Origin: Lachnospiraceae bacterium
GTDB taxonomy: Bacteria; Bacillota; Clostridia; Lachnospirales; Lachnospiraceae
Assembly (NCBI GenBank): GCA_021770755.1
Contig: JAETQI010000021.1
Coordinates: forward strand, 29,379-61,378
Direction: 5' to 3'
DNA length: 32,000 bases
This document shows positions 15,056 through 23,668 of this stretch, in pieces. How positions within the stretch are numbered: the first letter of the stretch is position 1; every line of letters begins with the position of its first letter. Position numbers and translations under genes: made by a program. The notes below the pieces were generated by a model that did not search any database, was not told the origin of the DNA, and saw only the letters and a program-made list of their open reading frames with translations.

Positions 15056-15289
15056 TTCCAACTCCTCATTATACAAAATTATTGATAAGGATCCTAAGTT
15101 CCGTGTATGATCAATGATAAGTCCCCCTGTGTCATTTTTCAAGGTATTATACATGAAACGACATTTAATATGCTTTTTTGGCATGAAAAGAATAAGCTGC
15201 ATACCAAATTTGACATTTTCATGTATCCGTCTTGCAGGAAGAAACTGTTACTATTATAATAAGGAAAAGTTTGCGAGAGAAGGGAGTAT

Positions 15290-15520
15290 ATGAGGATACT
15301 CATCTTCGATGACGATGATTTCATTTTGCAGCAATCAACAGATTACCTTGATGAATATTTTCGAAAAGCTGGAGCGGATTGTCCCAAAATTGTATGTTAC
15401 AGAGAGGGTGGATCACTTCTTGCCGATCAGGGTGAAAAAGATATTGGTACGAAAAAGAAACCGCTTTTAAACGTTTTCTTTTTCGTATATCTTTTTTCAT
15501 CGTACACCTCCAAAATCTGA
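15290..15520 (+). pseudogene. Truncated response-regulator receiver domain fragment
   Basis: MRILIFDDDDFILQQSTDYLDEYF...GGSLLADQGEKDI matches the first ~52 aa of a receiver domain (acidic pocket DDDD). It then degenerates into unrelated sequence after ~15445, and no output domain follows. Confidence 0.5.
15448..15487. terminator. A/T-rich 13-bp hairpin, T-run on the plus strand
   Basis: tacgaaaaagaaa (15448-15460) pairs with tttctttttcgta (15475-15487). It is followed by tatatcttttttc. It lies between the receiver relic and the 3' end of the convergent 15576 gene. Confidence 0.35.
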
Positions 15521-15575
15521 AATAGCAACTATATCTACTGCATGGATCTCTTTTATCCGTTACTGGAAAAAAAGC

Positions 15576-17153
15576 TTAACAAAAGCACTCGATCACACAC
15601 GAATGCTCCTTCGTCTTTTTATCATAATCAATTTCCACCAACAGCATCTTCCCTGCATAATCTTTCAGCGACTCGGGATACTGTTTCTTCCTGATCTGTG
15701 CGATCGCCGCCTCCGCGCTTTTGTCCCATTTCAGCTCCACCACGATCACGGGGCGGTTGGAGTGGTTTGCGCGGGGCAGATAAATAATGTCCGCAAATCC
15801 TTTCCCAGCGGGAAATTCCCGAATCGGTCTGTGATAATAAGAAAACGCTGCGATCAGCGCGATCATGACTGTGCAGGAGAGCGAATTTTCGTCATTGTAT
15901 TCGATACTGGACGTAAAATCATTATGCACACCCTGGATCAGTCTGGCAGTCCGCTCCCCGTCGCCTGCTATGACTGCCTCCAGAATCTCTTCGGAGAGCT
16001 TCATGAACTGTGCCATTCCGTCGTTTTTACTCCTTTTGACGGATTTGTAAAATACGGCATGGATCTCTTTGTTTGGTATATATGCCTCCTGTGTGTCCTC
16101 ATCGTAGGCGCAGTACCCCAGATGGATCAGCGCCGTGATCACCTGCTCCTTGTCCTCAAAGGTCTGCAGGTCATTGATGCCGTTATCCACCTCCACCGGT
16201 ATCCTGTTCCCTGAGAGCATCCTGATGATATCCTCCCGGAGTCCGTCAAAATTTTTGCAGATCAGGTCGTCGATATCCCCGTAAGTGCCCGTGACCGTCC
16301 AGTACTGCTGAAACCGTTTTGCGGAGACCGCACGAACGACGGACAGCGGATTGTACATCGCTGTTCCACCCAGATTGTATCCATTGTACCACTCTTTCAT
16401 CTGTTCAAAATCCACACCAGATCTCTCACAGAGCAAAAAGACTTCCTCCTCTGTAAATCCGATATCCTTTGCCAGATCCATCGGATTTATCATCGTATAC
16501 TCCATGAAATTATTGACGGCGGACTGTCCCTTCGTCCGCACGATCGGCATGATTCCCGTCAGATATGCCAATCGGATATATGATTTGGCAGCGTTGTTCT
16601 TGAACAATCCGCGCAGCATCTCGATATACGACAGTCTGTCAGTGTTACCCTTATCCAGTTCCCGTATGGGATAGTCCCACTCGTCAAAAATAATGACAAA
16701 ACGGCTCCCTGTCTCATGATAAATTTCGGACACCGCATTCATCAACGCCGTCTCTCCAGACACAATATCAGGATAGTCTTCCTGAAGTTCTTTCACAATC
16801 TTTCTGCTGATATAGCCGACCGGTTCCTCGTTCTCAAACTGTGCCGCCTTAAACTGTGCCTGGATATCCACAAAGATCGTGTCATATGCATTCATACTCT
16901 CGAGAAACAACGCATCTTTCATACACTTGAGCGGCTCAAACAGGCTCCTCGAATCCACCCCTTTGCTAAAATACGCGACAAGCATATCCGCCGTGACTGA
17001 CTTCCCGAACCGGCGCGCCCTGCTGTTACAGACAAATTTTTCCGTGATATCCTTTTTCAGCAGTTTGTTGATCAGCTCCGACTTGTCTACAAAATATTGC
17101 GTCTGGGAAAATTCCGCATAATTTTTATTTCCAATGTTTAAAAAAAGTCCCAT
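15576..17153 (-). CDS. AAA-ATPase-like (PF09820-type) + PD-(D/E)XK nuclease-like (PF08011-type) protein, paralogue 1
   Basis: N-terminus YFVDKSELINKLL...CNSRARRFGKSVTADMLVAYF is the predicted-AAA-ATPase signature. C-terminus GKGFADIIYLP...PVIVVELKWDKSAEAAIAQIRKKQY is a PD-(D/E)XK-like D...ELK motif. GGGAGGA RBS. Confidence 0.85.
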   Translation of the reverse strand: MGLFLNIGNKNYAEFSQTQYFVDKSELINKLLKKDITEKFVCNSRARRFGKSVTADMLVAYFSKGVDSRSLFEPLKCMKDALFLESMNAYDTIFVDIQAQFKAAQFENEEPVGYISRKIVKELQEDYPDIVSGETALMNAVSEIYHETGSRFVIIFDEWDYPIRELDKGNTDRLSYIEMLRGLFKNNAAKSYIRLAYLTGIMPIVRTKGQSAVNNFMEYTMINPMDLAKDIGFTEEEVFLLCERSGVDFEQMKEWYNGYNLGGTAMYNPLSVVRAVSAKRFQQYWTVTGTYGDIDDLICKNFDGLREDIIRMLSGNRIPVEVDNGINDLQTFEDKEQVITALIHLGYCAYDEDTQEAYIPNKEIHAVFYKSVKRSKNDGMAQFMKLSEEILEAVIAGDGERTARLIQGVHNDFTSSIEYNDENSLSCTVMIALIAAFSYYHRPIREFPAGKGFADIIYLPRANHSNRPVIVVELKWDKSAEAAIAQIRKKQYPESLKDYAGKMLLVEIDYDKKTKEHSCVIECFC

Positions 17154-17544
17154 ATGATCCTCCCTTCATTTCAATATACTTGCAGATCAACCGGATATCC
17201 TCCATGTCCTTCTCCCTGCCCAGCCGCTGTTTCATCATGATGATCCCTTTCAACGACACCACAGAAATTCCATCAAGCACTTCAAGCTCTCCCGCCCGCC
17301 ATTCCTCAAAGATCTCGATATCCGGGCGGTACTGAATCCTGCGGCTGCCGTCCTCATAAACCTCTGTGCTGTATCCCGCCCGCTGCAACTGATCCGCCAA
17401 TTTCCGGCTGCAGCCCAGATCGATATCCCTTGTACATGCCTTTACTCCATGCAGTACCATCGCCGCGCCTGCCACGACCCAGTAACTGTCTGCATCAAAT
17501 CCTGTCTGCCTTAAAGTACTGCATATTTTCTCCCTGTCATACAT
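17125..17544 (-). CDS. Small nucleotidyltransferase-fold-like protein (function uncertain)
   Basis: The VVAGAAMVLHGVKACTRDIDL pattern (G-x-A..LHG...T.DIDL) and the C-terminal KQRLGREKDMEDI resemble minimal nucleotidyltransferase families. The 3' end overlaps the start of paralogue 1 by 29 nt. Confidence 0.45.
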   Translation of the reverse strand: MYDREKICSTLRQTGFDADSYWVVAGAAMVLHGVKACTRDIDLGCSRKLADQLQRAGYSTEVYEDGSRRIQYRPDIEIFEEWRAGELEVLDGISVVSLKGIIMMKQRLGREKDMEDIRLICKYIEMKGGSYGTFFKHWK

Positions 17545-17562
17545 CGCCGCACCCCCGGTCTG

Positions 17563-18255
17563 TTACCCCTTCCTGCCAAAGTACCGCCCCGTGCACTCCC
17601 TATATACGCGGTACTCCTCGCCGAACACAGTCTCCAGATACTTCTCCTCCTGCAGGATCTGCAGATGCAGCATCACGATCACCCATATCGTAAAGAACAA
17701 TAAAACACCGTTGAAATACATCAGCAGTATCCCAATATACATCAGGTCAAATCCCAGAAAAGCCGGATTCCTGCTATATCGGTAGATACCGTGCGAGACA
17801 AACTCCGTCCTGTCCGTCTCCGGTATCCCCGCGCGCCAGCTATCCCGCATCGTCAGCACCGCAGCAAGGAAAACCGCATCCCCAACGAACCCGGTCACCA
17901 CCCCTGTGATCCTCACCGGCGACGGCATGTGATTCCATCCGAGCAGGATCGAAATCAGCTCCACCGGAACAATAAAAAGTGTCGCCACTGACATGATAAA
18001 TTCAATCCGCCGCACCAGTTTATCCTTCCCCCGGCCAAGCTGTGTCGTCTGGATACCCTTGCGTTTCTGCGTGATCTTTTTGGCGAAATAGATGCCGTAA
18101 AAAATCACCATGATCAACAGCGCCAAAATGCAAAACAGACTCTCAAACCTGCCAGCCAGAAAGATGGCCGTAGGACCGTCTGCCCCGCCAATCACCATAA
18201 TCTGTGTATCAAAATCCATATCCAGACTCCCTTTTATTCTAAAACTTTTTCCCAT
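17563..18255 (-). CDS. Isoprenylcysteine carboxyl methyltransferase (ICMT)/phospholipid methyltransferase family membrane protein
   Basis: Multiple TM segments. The C-terminal motif HGIYRYSRNPAFLGFDLMYIGILL...EEKYLETVFGEEYRVY is typical of the ICMT/PEMT family. Confidence 0.8.
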   Translation of the reverse strand: MGKSFRIKGSLDMDFDTQIMVIGGADGPTAIFLAGRFESLFCILALLIMVIFYGIYFAKKITQKRKGIQTTQLGRGKDKLVRRIEFIMSVATLFIVPVELISILLGWNHMPSPVRITGVVTGFVGDAVFLAAVLTMRDSWRAGIPETDRTEFVSHGIYRYSRNPAFLGFDLMYIGILLMYFNGVLLFFTIWVIVMLHLQILQEEKYLETVFGEEYRVYRECTGRYFGRKG

Positions 18256-18262
18256 AGCTGCT

Positions 18263-18436
18263 TATTTCCTCTGCACGGGTCTGTTGCAATCGAGTAGTGG
18301 TATGTCCTTCTCCACTACTCGACGCGCCGGGCACCCGTCAGCGCATGCTGACACTCTTCCTCTGGGTGCCCATGTGCGATCGAGCCTGCGCGACCCGGGC
18401 GCCGCTCTAGCGGCATATTTCCTCTGCACGGGTCTG
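18263..18436. repeat. 132-nt GC-rich insert (18284-18415) bounded by perfect 21-nt direct repeats
   Basis: tatttcctctgcacgggtctg occurs at 18263-18283 and again at 18416-18436. The insert carries repeat-element copy 2 (core 18287-18377). Confidence 0.8.
18287..18377. repeat. GC-rich two-hairpin intergenic repeat element, copy 2 (inverted relative to copy 1)
   Basis: Its reverse complement reads gcacatgggcacccagaggaagagtgtcagcatgcgctgacgggtgcccggcgcgtcgagtagtggagaaggacataccactactcgattg. Hairpin 1 is conserved. Hairpin 2 has a different sequence but is still self-complementary (gagtagtgg/ccactactc). Confidence 0.75.
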
Positions 18437-20014
18437 CGCATAAAGACTCTCGATCACGCACGTGTGCTCTTTTGTCTTTTTGTCGTAATCGATTCCCACC
18501 AGCAGGATCTCGCCCGAAAACGACCGCAGCGATTCGGGATACTGCCTCTTTTTGATCTGCGCGATCGCCGCGTCCGCGCCTTTGTCCCATTTCAGCTCCA
18601 CCACGATCACAGGGCGGTTGGGATAATTGGGCAGTGGCAGATAGACAATATCGGCAAAGCCCTTTCCGCATGGAAACTCGCGCACCGGCTTGTGATAGTA
18701 CCGGAAAGCGGAGATCAGCGCGATCGTGATCGTGCAGGAGAGCGAGTTTTCATCATTGTACTCAATGCTCGACACAAAATCGTTGTGCACGCCCTGAATC
18801 TGCCGTGCAGTCTCCTCCGCGTCCCCCTCCAGCACGGTACTTAAGATCTTCTCGGAAACCTTCATAAAACGCGACAGGTTATCGCTCTCATTATCCTCCA
18901 TATACTGATAGAAGAATTCCTGAATCTCCTTATTGGGGACATACGCCTCCTGCGTGTCTGCATCATACGCAAAGTATCCCAGATAGATCAGCGCAGTGAG
19001 AACTTCACTCTTGCTCCGAAAGGACTGCAGATCGTTTTTGCCATTTGACACATTGACTGGTATCCTGTTTCCTGAGAGCATCTTGATGATCTCCTCGCGG
19101 AGCCCGTCAAAATTCTTGCTGATCAGATCGTCAATATCCCCATAAGTGCCCGTGACTGTCCAGTACTGCTGGAATCGTCCGCTCGAGAGCGCCCGCACGA
19201 CGGACAGCGGGTTGTACATCGCGATCCCATTCAGGTCATAACCATTGTACCACTCCCGCATCTGCCCATAATCGGCGCCGGACCGCTCGCAGAGCATCCT
19301 CACCTCACTCTCTGTAAAACCGATATCCTGTGCCAGATCCATCGGGTCTGTCATCGTGTACTCCATGAAATTGTTGACAGCGGACTGCCCTTTCGTCCGC
19401 ACAACGGGCATAATCCCAGTGAGATAAACCAATCGTATATATGATTTTGCAGCATTGCTCTTGAACAGTCCCCGCAGCATTTCAATATATGTCAGCCTGT
19501 CGGGATCATCCTCGCCAAACTCCCTGATGGGATAATCCCATTCGTCAAAAATGATGACAAAGCAATTGCCTGACTTATTATATATTGTTGACAGCGCATT
19601 CATCAACGATATCTCACCCAGGTCGATATCTATATACTCCTCCTGCAGTTCTTCCACAATCCTTCTGCTCAAATATTGTACCGGCTTCTCGTTCTCAAAC
19701 TCCGCCTCCTTAAACTGCGCCTGTATATCCACAAAAATCGTATCATACGCATTCATACTCTCAAGAAACAGCGCGTCCTTCACGCACTTCAACGGTTCAA
19801 ACAGACTCCTCGAATCCACCCCTCTGCTGAAATACGCGACAAGCATATCCGCAGTGACAGACTTGCCAAATCTCCGCGCCCTGCTGTTGCAGATAAACTT
19901 CTGTGTAATATCCTTTTTCAGCAGCTTGTTGATCAGTTCTGATTTATCGACAAAGTACTGCGTTCTGGAAAATTCCGCAAAAATCTGATTTCCAATATTC
20001 AAAAAACGTCCCAT
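18407..20014 (-). CDS. AAA-ATPase-like + PD-(D/E)XK nuclease-like protein, paralogue 2
   Basis: Same architecture as 15576-17153 (NSRARRFGKS...; GKGFADIVYLP...VVELKWDKGADAAIAQIKKRQY). The last 13 codons (SLYAQTRAEEICR) read through the 21-nt direct repeat into the GC-rich insert. GGAGAGGA RBS. Confidence 0.85.
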   Translation of the reverse strand: MGRFLNIGNQIFAEFSRTQYFVDKSELINKLLKKDITQKFICNSRARRFGKSVTADMLVAYFSRGVDSRSLFEPLKCVKDALFLESMNAYDTIFVDIQAQFKEAEFENEKPVQYLSRRIVEELQEEYIDIDLGEISLMNALSTIYNKSGNCFVIIFDEWDYPIREFGEDDPDRLTYIEMLRGLFKSNAAKSYIRLVYLTGIMPVVRTKGQSAVNNFMEYTMTDPMDLAQDIGFTESEVRMLCERSGADYGQMREWYNGYDLNGIAMYNPLSVVRALSSGRFQQYWTVTGTYGDIDDLISKNFDGLREEIIKMLSGNRIPVNVSNGKNDLQSFRSKSEVLTALIYLGYFAYDADTQEAYVPNKEIQEFFYQYMEDNESDNLSRFMKVSEKILSTVLEGDAEETARQIQGVHNDFVSSIEYNDENSLSCTITIALISAFRYYHKPVREFPCGKGFADIVYLPLPNYPNRPVIVVELKWDKGADAAIAQIKKRQYPESLRSFSGEILLVGIDYDKKTKEHTCVIESLYAQTRAEEICR

Positions 20015-20065
20015 ATGATCCTCTCCTTTTCCATCACATTACCAGTCTTTTTCTCTCACATCAAA

Positions 20066-21655
20066 TCACAATTGCTCAGTTTCGAAACGTTCGATCACGC
20101 ACGTGTGCTCTTTTGTCTTTTTGTCGTAATCGATTCCCACCAGCAGGATCTCGCCCGAAAACGACCGTAGCGACCCGGGATACTGCCTCTTTTTAATCTG
20201 CGCGATCGCCGCGTCCGCGCTTTTGTCCCATTTCAGCTCCACCACAATCACAGGGCGGTTTGGATAATTGGGCAATGGCAGATAGACAATATCGGCAAAG
20301 CCCTTTCCGCATGGAAACTCGCGCACCGGCTTGTGATAGTACCGGAAGGCGGAGATCAGCGCGATCGTGATCGTGCAGGAGAGCGAATTTTCATCATTGT
20401 ACTCAATGCTCGACACAAAATCGTTGTGCACACGCTGAATCTGCTCTGCGGTCTCACCCGCATCCCCTTCCATCACAGCACTTAAGATCTTCTCCGAAAG
20501 TACCATAAACCGCGACAGGTTGTCATTCTCACTGTCCTCCATATATTGGTAAAAAACTTCCTGAATCTCCTTATTGGGGACATACGCCTCCTGCGTGTCT
20601 GCATCATACGCAAAATATCCCAGATGGATCAGCGCAGTGAGAACCTCACTCTTGCTCCGAAAGGACTGCAGATCGTTTTTGCCATTTGACACATTGACTG
20701 GTATCCTGTTTCCTGAGAGCATCTTGATGATATCCTCGCGAAGACCGTCAAAATTTTTATTGATCAGGTCATCAATATCCCCATAAGTGCCCGTGACCGT
20801 CCAGTACTGCTGAAACCGTTTCGCCGCGACCGCACGCACGACAGACAATGGATTGTACATCGCGGTTCCTTCCAGATCATATCCATTGTACCATTCTTTC
20901 ATCTGTTCGAAATCCACTCCGAATCTCTTGCAGAGCGAATAAACCTCCTCTTCTGTAAATCCGATATCCTGTGCCAGATCCATCGGGTTTGTCATCGTGT
21001 ACTCCATGAAATTGTTGACGGCAGACTGCCCTTTCGTCCGCACGATCGGCATGATGCCTGTGAGATATGCCAGGCGGATATATTCTTTTGCATCGCTGTT
21101 CTTGAACAGTCCGCGCAGCAGCTCTACATAATCTGACCGCTCCCCGCTGCCCTCCGCCAGTTCCCTGATCGGATAGTCCCACTCGTCGAAAATGATGACA
21201 AACTGACTTCCTGTCTCGTGGTAGATTCTGGACACTGCCATTGCAATAATGTCATCGTCTGAAACAATCTCCCGATAGGTTTCCTGCAGCTCTTTTATAA
21301 TGCACCGTGTAATATATCGCACAGGATCTTCCGCTCTCTCTGCCGCCCAGACAAACTGTGCCTGTATATCCACAAAGATCGTATCATACCGATTCATGTT
21401 ATCCAGAAACTGTCCGTCCTTCACACACTTCAACGGCTCAAACAGGCTTCTTGAATCCGCCCCCTTGCTGAAATACGCGACAAGCATATCCGCCGTCACC
21501 GATTTGCCAAACCTCCGCGCCCTGCTGTTACAGATAAACTTTTCGTCGGCATCCTTTTCCAGAAGCTTGTTGATCAGCTCCGTCTTGTCCACAAAATATT
21601 TCGTTTTGGAAAAATCCGCAAATTTTTTGTTCCCCTTGTTTAAAAACTGCCCCAT
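20066..21655 (-). CDS. AAA-ATPase-like + PD-(D/E)XK nuclease-like protein, paralogue 3
   Basis: Same architecture. Start chosen at the second ATG (MGQFLNKGNKKF...) by alignment with the paralogues and RBS spacing; the listed start is 21670. Confidence 0.85.
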   Translation of the reverse strand: MGQFLNKGNKKFADFSKTKYFVDKTELINKLLEKDADEKFICNSRARRFGKSVTADMLVAYFSKGADSRSLFEPLKCVKDGQFLDNMNRYDTIFVDIQAQFVWAAERAEDPVRYITRCIIKELQETYREIVSDDDIIAMAVSRIYHETGSQFVIIFDEWDYPIRELAEGSGERSDYVELLRGLFKNSDAKEYIRLAYLTGIMPIVRTKGQSAVNNFMEYTMTNPMDLAQDIGFTEEEVYSLCKRFGVDFEQMKEWYNGYDLEGTAMYNPLSVVRAVAAKRFQQYWTVTGTYGDIDDLINKNFDGLREDIIKMLSGNRIPVNVSNGKNDLQSFRSKSEVLTALIHLGYFAYDADTQEAYVPNKEIQEVFYQYMEDSENDNLSRFMVLSEKILSAVMEGDAGETAEQIQRVHNDFVSSIEYNDENSLSCTITIALISAFRYYHKPVREFPCGKGFADIVYLPLPNYPNRPVIVVELKWDKSADAAIAQIKKRQYPGSLRSFSGEILLVGIDYDKKTKEHTCVIERFETEQL

Positions 21656-21732
21656 TTTGATCCATTCCACCTTCCCGTTTGTCTTGTATTCATTGTATCA
21701 CGACAAGGAGCGCACACCAATACCAAATTAGC

Positions 21733-21765
21733 AAAAACCTGATGTAAAGCTTTACACCAGGTTTT
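21733..21765 (-). terminator. Rho-independent terminator of the SDR gene
   Basis: Minus-strand RNA: aaaaccuggug uaaagcuuua caucagguuuu followed by a U-run (uuuuugc). The stem is 15 bp with one G-U, ~35 nt downstream of the stop at 21799. Confidence 0.6.
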
Positions 21766-21798
21766 ATATGTCACATATTTAATCTTAAAACTCCTAGA

Positions 21799-22599
21799 TC
21801 ACGGCCTCTGTCCCATACCGCCCTCGAGCGTGAGGGTCTCGCCTGTCATGTACTTGAAGTCAGGCGACGCGAGCTGTACACAGACGCGGCCGATCTCCAG
21901 CTCCGCATCTCCGTAGTGTCCTGCAGGCGGCATCTTGACATTCTCCTTGAACGCCTCCGGATACGCCTTCTCAAACTGCTCCAACTGCGCCGTCCATGCC
22001 AGCGGGCAGACGATGTTGACATTGATGCCGTCCTTTGCCCATTCGGTGGCCGCCACGCGCGTCAGACCGCGGATCCCTTCCTTGGCGGCAGCGTAAGCGC
22101 ATTGTCCGAAATTGCCAAACAGTCCCGCGCCGGAGGCAAAATTGATGACGGAACCCTTTGACTTTGCCAGGTGCGGGTAGCATGCCTTCATATAATAAAA
22201 AGCAGCGTACAATCCCGAGTACATCGCAAGGTTGAACTGTTCTGTCGTGTGCTCTGCCAGCGTCACGCCCGAAGCAGACGCCTGCGCATTGTTGATCAGC
22301 ACATCGATGCTGCCGAACGTGTCGATCGTCTGCTTCACGACACTGCCTACCACTTCCTCATTGTCCGCGCCGGCATTGACATCCGCCTGGACGATCAGCA
22401 CCCTGATGTTGTACAGACGCTCCAGCTCCTCCTTCGCGTCCTCCAGCTTCTTGACATTCCTGCCTGTGATGACAAGGTTTGCGCCCTCCTTCGCGTAGGC
22501 TGTCGCGATGCCGTAGCCGATCGATCCGCATCTGCCGTCACTTAAGACTGCCCTGCCCGCACCCGTGATGATCGCTGTCTTTCCTGTTAAAAATCCCAT
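21799..22599 (-). CDS. SDR family oxidoreductase
   Basis: N-terminal Rossmann motif GKTAIITGAGRA...GIGYGIA, NNAQ, and catalytic YAAAKEG (YxxxK). Confidence 0.9.
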   Translation of the reverse strand: MGFLTGKTAIITGAGRAVLSDGRCGSIGYGIATAYAKEGANLVITGRNVKKLEDAKEELERLYNIRVLIVQADVNAGADNEEVVGSVVKQTIDTFGSIDVLINNAQASASGVTLAEHTTEQFNLAMYSGLYAAFYYMKACYPHLAKSKGSVINFASGAGLFGNFGQCAYAAAKEGIRGLTRVAATEWAKDGINVNIVCPLAWTAQLEQFEKAYPEAFKENVKMPPAGHYGDAELEIGRVCVQLASPDFKYMTGETLTLEGGMGQRP

Positions 22600-22747
22600 T
22601 TTCCAAATACCTCCTTTTTCCTTCGAACTCCCAAAAACAATGTCTCCATGTTTTCACGGTTCCCTGCATACCATTTTACAGATATTTCTATTATATCCCA
22701 TTATTTTGAAAAAGGATAGTCACAATTTACTCCACTAAATTTATATT

Positions 22748-23668
22748 CTAAAATTGGAAAAACTCATAGTCCAAAGTTTCCGGTCTCCGATACTCCCCTG
22801 TACTGAAATCATGAATGAGGATCTGATGCGGCTCTTCCAGCGAGATCCAGATATGATACCCCGCCTCTTCTATATCCCCATGCATGACGATCGTATAGCC
22901 GAGCTTCCAGTATCCCGGATCGTCGCCCGACAGAAAGGTCACGCCATACTCAATCCCCTCCATTCCGTCAACGATCCGCAGCCCCTGGACCGGACTTAAC
23001 AGCACCTTCTCCCTGTCCCAGCCCGGATTGACGCGCGTGTAGATCTCATCCTCCAGCTCGCTCAGCAGGCCGATATGGTCATTATTCCAGTCATATATCC
23101 TGAAATTGTCGTAATCCGAACCGACGATATAGAGCACCTTTCCCTTCATATCCGGTATCGTGATAGAAAAATCCTGCTGCTCCTTCCCAAACGGCAATGT
23201 CTCCGCCGCATAGACAAACAAGTCGACGCGGGCGCCGACGCTCGGATTCTCCTTCCACTCCACATGGCTGATGCGATATCCTGCATACGACATAGAACCC
23301 TTTACCGTGAGGCTGTCCGTCTCCTCATCGTACTCGGCGCTGGAAATCATCACTGCCCCCTGTTCCAGCAGGCTTCCCGCGACATAAACCTTGAGAAAGA
23401 CGCCGATGACAAGCGCTGCCAGCAGCAATCCCCCCAGTGCGGCAGCCGCCCTGAGATACCGGGTGCGGCTGCGTATTTTTTTAAATCCATCAAGGACAGC
23501 CCGCTCCTCGGGCGTGGACCGGTCCGCCATATCCTCCTTCATTTCCGTAAAAATACGCCTGCACTCCCCACAGCCCTCCAGATGCTCCCTCACAGCACTG
23601 CTGCCCGCCTCGCTGATCACGCCGTCGATATATCCCGGCATCAGATCCCTGACAATATCACAATTCAT
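22748..23668 (-). CDS. Anti-sigma factor (zf-HC2 type) with one TM segment and an extracytoplasmic domain
   Basis: Start chosen at ATG 23668 (MNCDIVRDLMPGYIDGVISEAGSSAVREHLEGCGECRRIF), giving an H-x3-C-x2-C zinc motif. A TM segment (AAALGGLLLAALVIGVFL) follows. It overlaps the sigma gene end by 11 nt. Confidence 0.8.
   Translation of the reverse strand: MNCDIVRDLMPGYIDGVISEAGSSAVREHLEGCGECRRIFTEMKEDMADRSTPEERAVLDGFKKIRSRTRYLRAAAALGGLLLAALVIGVFLKVYVAGSLLEQGAVMISSAEYDEETDSLTVKGSMSYAGYRISHVEWKENPSVGARVDLFVYAAETLPFGKEQQDFSITIPDMKGKVLYIVGSDYDNFRIYDWNNDHIGLLSELEDEIYTRVNPGWDREKVLLSPVQGLRIVDGMEGIEYGVTFLSGDDPGYWKLGYTIVMHGDIEEAGYHIWISLEEPHQILIHDFSTGEYRRPETLDYEFFQF

Noticed and set aside
15576-21670. 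Large internal repeats considered as CRISPR array, IS elements or assembly duplication
   Set aside because: The repeats are 1.6-kb protein-coding paralogues with intact frames and their own RBSs. There is no short repeat-spacer periodicity, transposase or terminal inverted repeat. Divergence of 5-40 percent by segment argues against an assembly artefact.
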